Origin: Fistulifera solaris
Taxonomy: Eukaryota
Length of the DNA: 64,000 nucleotides
Direction of reading: 5' to 3'
Assembly: GCA_030295235.1 (NCBI GenBank)
Contig: AP026141.1
Location: forward strand, 496,001 to 560,000
Positions 60,601 through 64,000 of the stretch are shown piece after piece. The stretch's first letter is position 1. The number at the start of each line of letters is the position of its first letter. The notes under the pieces were generated by a model, which had not been told where the DNA came from, did not search any database, and saw nothing but the letters and a program-made list of their open reading frames with translations. The position numbers were made by a program, and so were the translations under genes.

Positions 60601-61378
60601 TTGCAGCGAAATTAATCGGGCATCGGCCGGGATTTTGTCACCGACCCGGACTTGAATGACATCGCCCGGTACCAATTCGGCCGCGGGAATAACTGTCAAT
60701 GTCTGATCGCGTAGTACGGTCGCCAACCGGGCTTGCAATTGCTGCAGGGCCGCCAACGAATCGGCCGCTGATTGACTTTGCCAAACACCGACGGCCGCAT
60801 TCAGCACCAAGATGGCCAAAATGACCGCCGGTTCCACAAAGGATTTCCATACCGCTTCTTCTATATCGATAGAACTTTGACGAACTTCCATCCACGAAAA
60901 GAGGGCCGACAAGACGGCCACGCCCAACAAGATTTGGACCAATCGATCCGAGAATTGTTCCAAAATTACTGCGGAAAACCGGCAAAATCAGTAAACAAAC
61001 TTGAGTAGCCACCATTCTTTCACGGAACTTACATTCCCATATCGAAAGCGGAGCCGCTTGTTGCAATTCATTGACACCGTATTGTTCCAAGCGGGCTTTA
61101 GCTTCGGCGGTCGTCAAACCTGTGGTCGATGATTGTAAAATCTTCCACAATTCCGCCAAGGGCGTACTTCCTGCATCCAATGTCGTGGCATTGTATTCTT
61201 GTACGACCGGCGTAGCAACTTGTAGTTGTGTGGAAAGTTGATTATTCTTTCGAAAGCGCACACCGCCACCCCGAATCGAAACGAGACGCGGCAAGGCCAA
61301 GGCCGTCGATATATCGGATAATACAACCAAAAAGATTGCGAGATGCGCTGCGATGCCTCTCATTTTCGTGTAAGACAT
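57621..61378 (-). CDS. P2A-type (SERCA/ECA-like) Ca2+-ATPase with N-terminal signal peptide, 6 exons
   Basis: LTGES, VAAIPEGLP, phosphorylation site CTDKTGTLT, KGAP, ITGD, spliced TGDGVNDAPAL, SCNIGE and WVNLVTDG. Exons 61378-61033, 60968-58885, 58822-58786, 58696-58688, 58612-58555 and 58485-57621. Confidence 0.93.
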
Positions 61379-61479
61379 ATTAACAGAAGGTATAATAGAG
61401 GCTCTTGGAGAAATGAAATGAAAGAAGTATAGATAGCGATAGGAAAGGATACGAAGGTGTTGATGTTTTTGTGGATGCT

Positions 61480-62295
61480 TTTTTTTCTTGCGATGGACGA
61501 TTTTTTTAGGTTGGCGTTTGTTTCTGGGTACACTTTATCTGATACAGGAAAATGAGCGGCTTACTCTATGACATTCGATCCAACGATAGTTTAATTAAAC
61601 AGCAATCCAGCAAAATGTCAACTCATCGCTAACAACTTGTATGATAGCTTGTCAAGATTGATTTGGGCAGCATTGATTGTAGCGTATGGGAGCTGATTCG
61701 TTTCGGTAAATGAGATTGAAGCATTCCGGGACTGGAAGTTGAATTGAGTCATTTTTTTCTTGCGATGGACGATTTTTTTAGGTTGGCGTTTGTTTCTGGG
61801 TACACTTTATCTGATACAGGAAAATGAGCGGCTTACTCTATGACATTCGATCCAACGATAGTTTAATTAAACAGCAATCCAGCAAAATGTCAACTCATCG
61901 CTAACAACTTGTATGATAGCTTGTCAAGATTGATTTGGGCAGCATTGATTGTAGCGTATGGGAGCTGATTCGTTTCGGTAAATGAGATTGAAGCATTCCG
62001 GGACTGGAAGTTGAATTGAGTCATTTTTTTCTTGCGATGGACGATTTTTTTAGGTTGGCGTTTGTTTCTGGGTACACTTTATCTGATACAGGAAAATGAG
62101 CGGCTTACTCTATGACATTCGATCCAACGATAGTTTAATTAAACAGCAATCCAGCAAAATGTCAACTCATCGCTAACAACTTGTATGATAGCTTGTCAAG
62201 ATTGATTTGGGCAGCATTGATTGTAGCGTATGGGAGCTGATTCGTTTCGGTAAATGAGATTGAAGCATTCCGGGACTGGAAGTTGAATTGAGTCA
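61480..62295. repeat. Tandem repeat of three apparently identical 272-bp units
   Basis: CGATGGACGA recurs at 61491, 61763 and 62035; each unit ends GAATTGAGTCA; no long ORF. Confidence 0.95.
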
Positions 62296-62585
62296 CAGCG
62301 CTAGAAAATATACTGGCGTACCCGTATTTTTTCTAGCACAGCGAGTCTATTAGGGAAATAGAGAGGAAAGGGCTAGTGATGTAAACTAAATCTAAAGCAA
62401 TGAAGCAGAGAAAATTGCTTGTGTTGGATTGTCGAAAATGAATGGCAAATGAACTCTGTAACGTTGACCTGTTCGACGTCAACAGTAATGAAGAAGGAAA
62501 GTGGAGTCAAAAATGAAAATCTATAGTTTTCTAACCGTCATGGACTAAGTCATTCGATCATGCAATGTCATGAATCATCTCACTT

Positions 62586-63247
62586 TTACAGTGTAAGTTC
62601 CTTCGGGACCTTTAAATTCCACTGTCTTGGGTTTCTTTTTCTTGGCCGGCGGAGCAGCTTTCTTTTGCCCCAAAACGAAAACAAGCCCTTCTTTCCATTC
62701 TCATCGACATTATCGTGTTGCGTTCGTTCCCGACTCATACGCACACGTCGGGCTTCGTTCACGGCGCGCGACAAGTCTCTTTGGTAAAGCCGGCATTCAA
62801 CAAAATGTATTCACGCACATCCCCACTCAGCATGCCGCGGGATGTCGTTCCGCGATGCTTGGTTTCAAACTCATCGACTGCTACTGCGAGTTCTTTGTGA
62901 GATTGCCAGGCAATGGTCACGGGTGGACCCAACAGAGGACACGGATTGTCCCCCAATTCGTACGTGTGGCAGTACACGTGGACCGTCGACCATTGTACGG
63001 TGATTGTGCTTTTGTTGATGGAGGCGTATTGACATTTTAACGATTCTTCTTGACTTGTTCGTTTGAGACAGCCTCGAAAGGATGCAGAAGAACATAAAGA
63101 ACTGGATCGAGAGGAATCCCAGGATTCTGGAACAGTAGTAATGGATTCATCGGAGAAACTTTCTTGTTTGTGTCGTACGTAGACGGTCGCTTTCTGCGGA
63201 GCGAAATCTGTGCTCGCAGATAATTCGTTAATCGTGGAAGTTGTCAT
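62586..63247 (-). CDS. Diatom-type hypothetical protein with LGDNP...GPP motif; frameshift at ~62775
   Basis: GCLKR...VQWSTVHVYCHTYELGDNPCPLLGPPVTIAW...VDEFE...VREYILLNAGF, continuing in ORF 62586..62774 (RAVNEARRVRMSRERT). Confidence 0.7.
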
Positions 63248-64000
63248 GTTGCAGCTGAAAGATCAAATAATATGGATGCAGTGATAAAATAATAAATGGG
63301 TGTGAAAGTGCAGAATAAAGAAATATTGTGTGAGCCGCAATAATCACGACGACATGGATGAGAATTTTTGAAGTGTCTTGAAAAAGTCGACGTGGTGGAT
63401 CGGAGCAGTTTGCATTTGTATACGCTTTTATGTACCGAAGGATCCAAAATCCAAACTACCCGAACCATGTGCCACGTAATTGATTGTGTAGCTCAAACAG
63501 TACTAGTTGGTCGTGGCGTTCCTCCACGTATGTTCTTTCCGTAATAGGAGGAAAGTGACGTCAGATTTTCTTGTTGCAAAGAGTACAAGAGAAACAGAAG
63601 CAAGGAAATCACAGGACATCCAACATTCAAAACGCCATTTGATTGGCTGATATCTGGAATCAGGCGTCAACTACGACGTAGTTTCTGGATATCATTGCTT
63701 CACTTGCCGCGAAGGGCGAAGGCGCGATGCGAGAAAGTCAATAGTAAGTAATAAGCCACAAGCCACAAGCTAACAAACCGGCGAAAATCATTCATTTCAA
63801 TCAGCACGATGGTGATGAAAAGAGAAAATCAGGCTTTGCTTTCTGCTAACCGAAAAATGGGAGACGACGTACTTGGTAGACGCGAAATAAATCTCGAACT
63901 GAGTCTTGGTGTGTTAGCTATTACGGGGACTAGCAATCACTAGCGAACACTATTAAAATGCTGCTAAGCAACAACTTTCATGGATGTTGCGTTTTCTTTA

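Noticed and set aside
61480..62295. Possible CRISPR array or LTRs
   Set aside because: The units are contiguous identical 272-mers with no spacers, no cas genes and no internal retroelement ORF.
63556..63563. TGACGTCA CRE/bZIP-like site (also at 3081)
   Set aside because: An 8-mer is expected about once by chance in 64 kb and there is no independent support.

Overview
Gene-dense eukaryotic nuclear DNA, most likely from a diatom (inference from short 60-110 nt GT-AG introns, bipartite plastid presequences with ASAFAP-like cleavage sites, an RGG presequence motif and the diatom-type LGDNP protein family). About 33 protein-coding genes can be supported. I saw no rRNA, tRNA, CRISPR array or intact transposon. 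Around 16 apparent frameshifts, many in homopolymer runs, suggest an unpolished long-read assembly rather than mass pseudogenisation. The main finding is a compact, intron-containing cluster at 18.3-24.5 kb: a triuret hydrolase-type gene (trtA), an unknown secreted protein, a biuret hydrolase-type gene (biuH) and a divergently transcribed NCS2/AzgA-like permease. This looks like a eukaryotic triuret/biuret nitrogen-salvage system. Second is a Pls-type NRPS-like enzyme (A-T-3x membrane/beta-helix) whose A domain has acyl-acid rather than amino-acid signatures. Other observations: a clostripain-like surface protein with the catalytic Cys read as Gly, a plastid-targeted IDFFS-repeat protein, a 9-nt micro-exon splitting the GDGVND motif of a Ca2+-ATPase, tandem SGNH and secretory-kinase paralogs, an intergenic region rich in unrelated period-7 duplications, and a 3x272 bp tandem repeat. 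All calls come from reading motifs by eye; no database searches were run.
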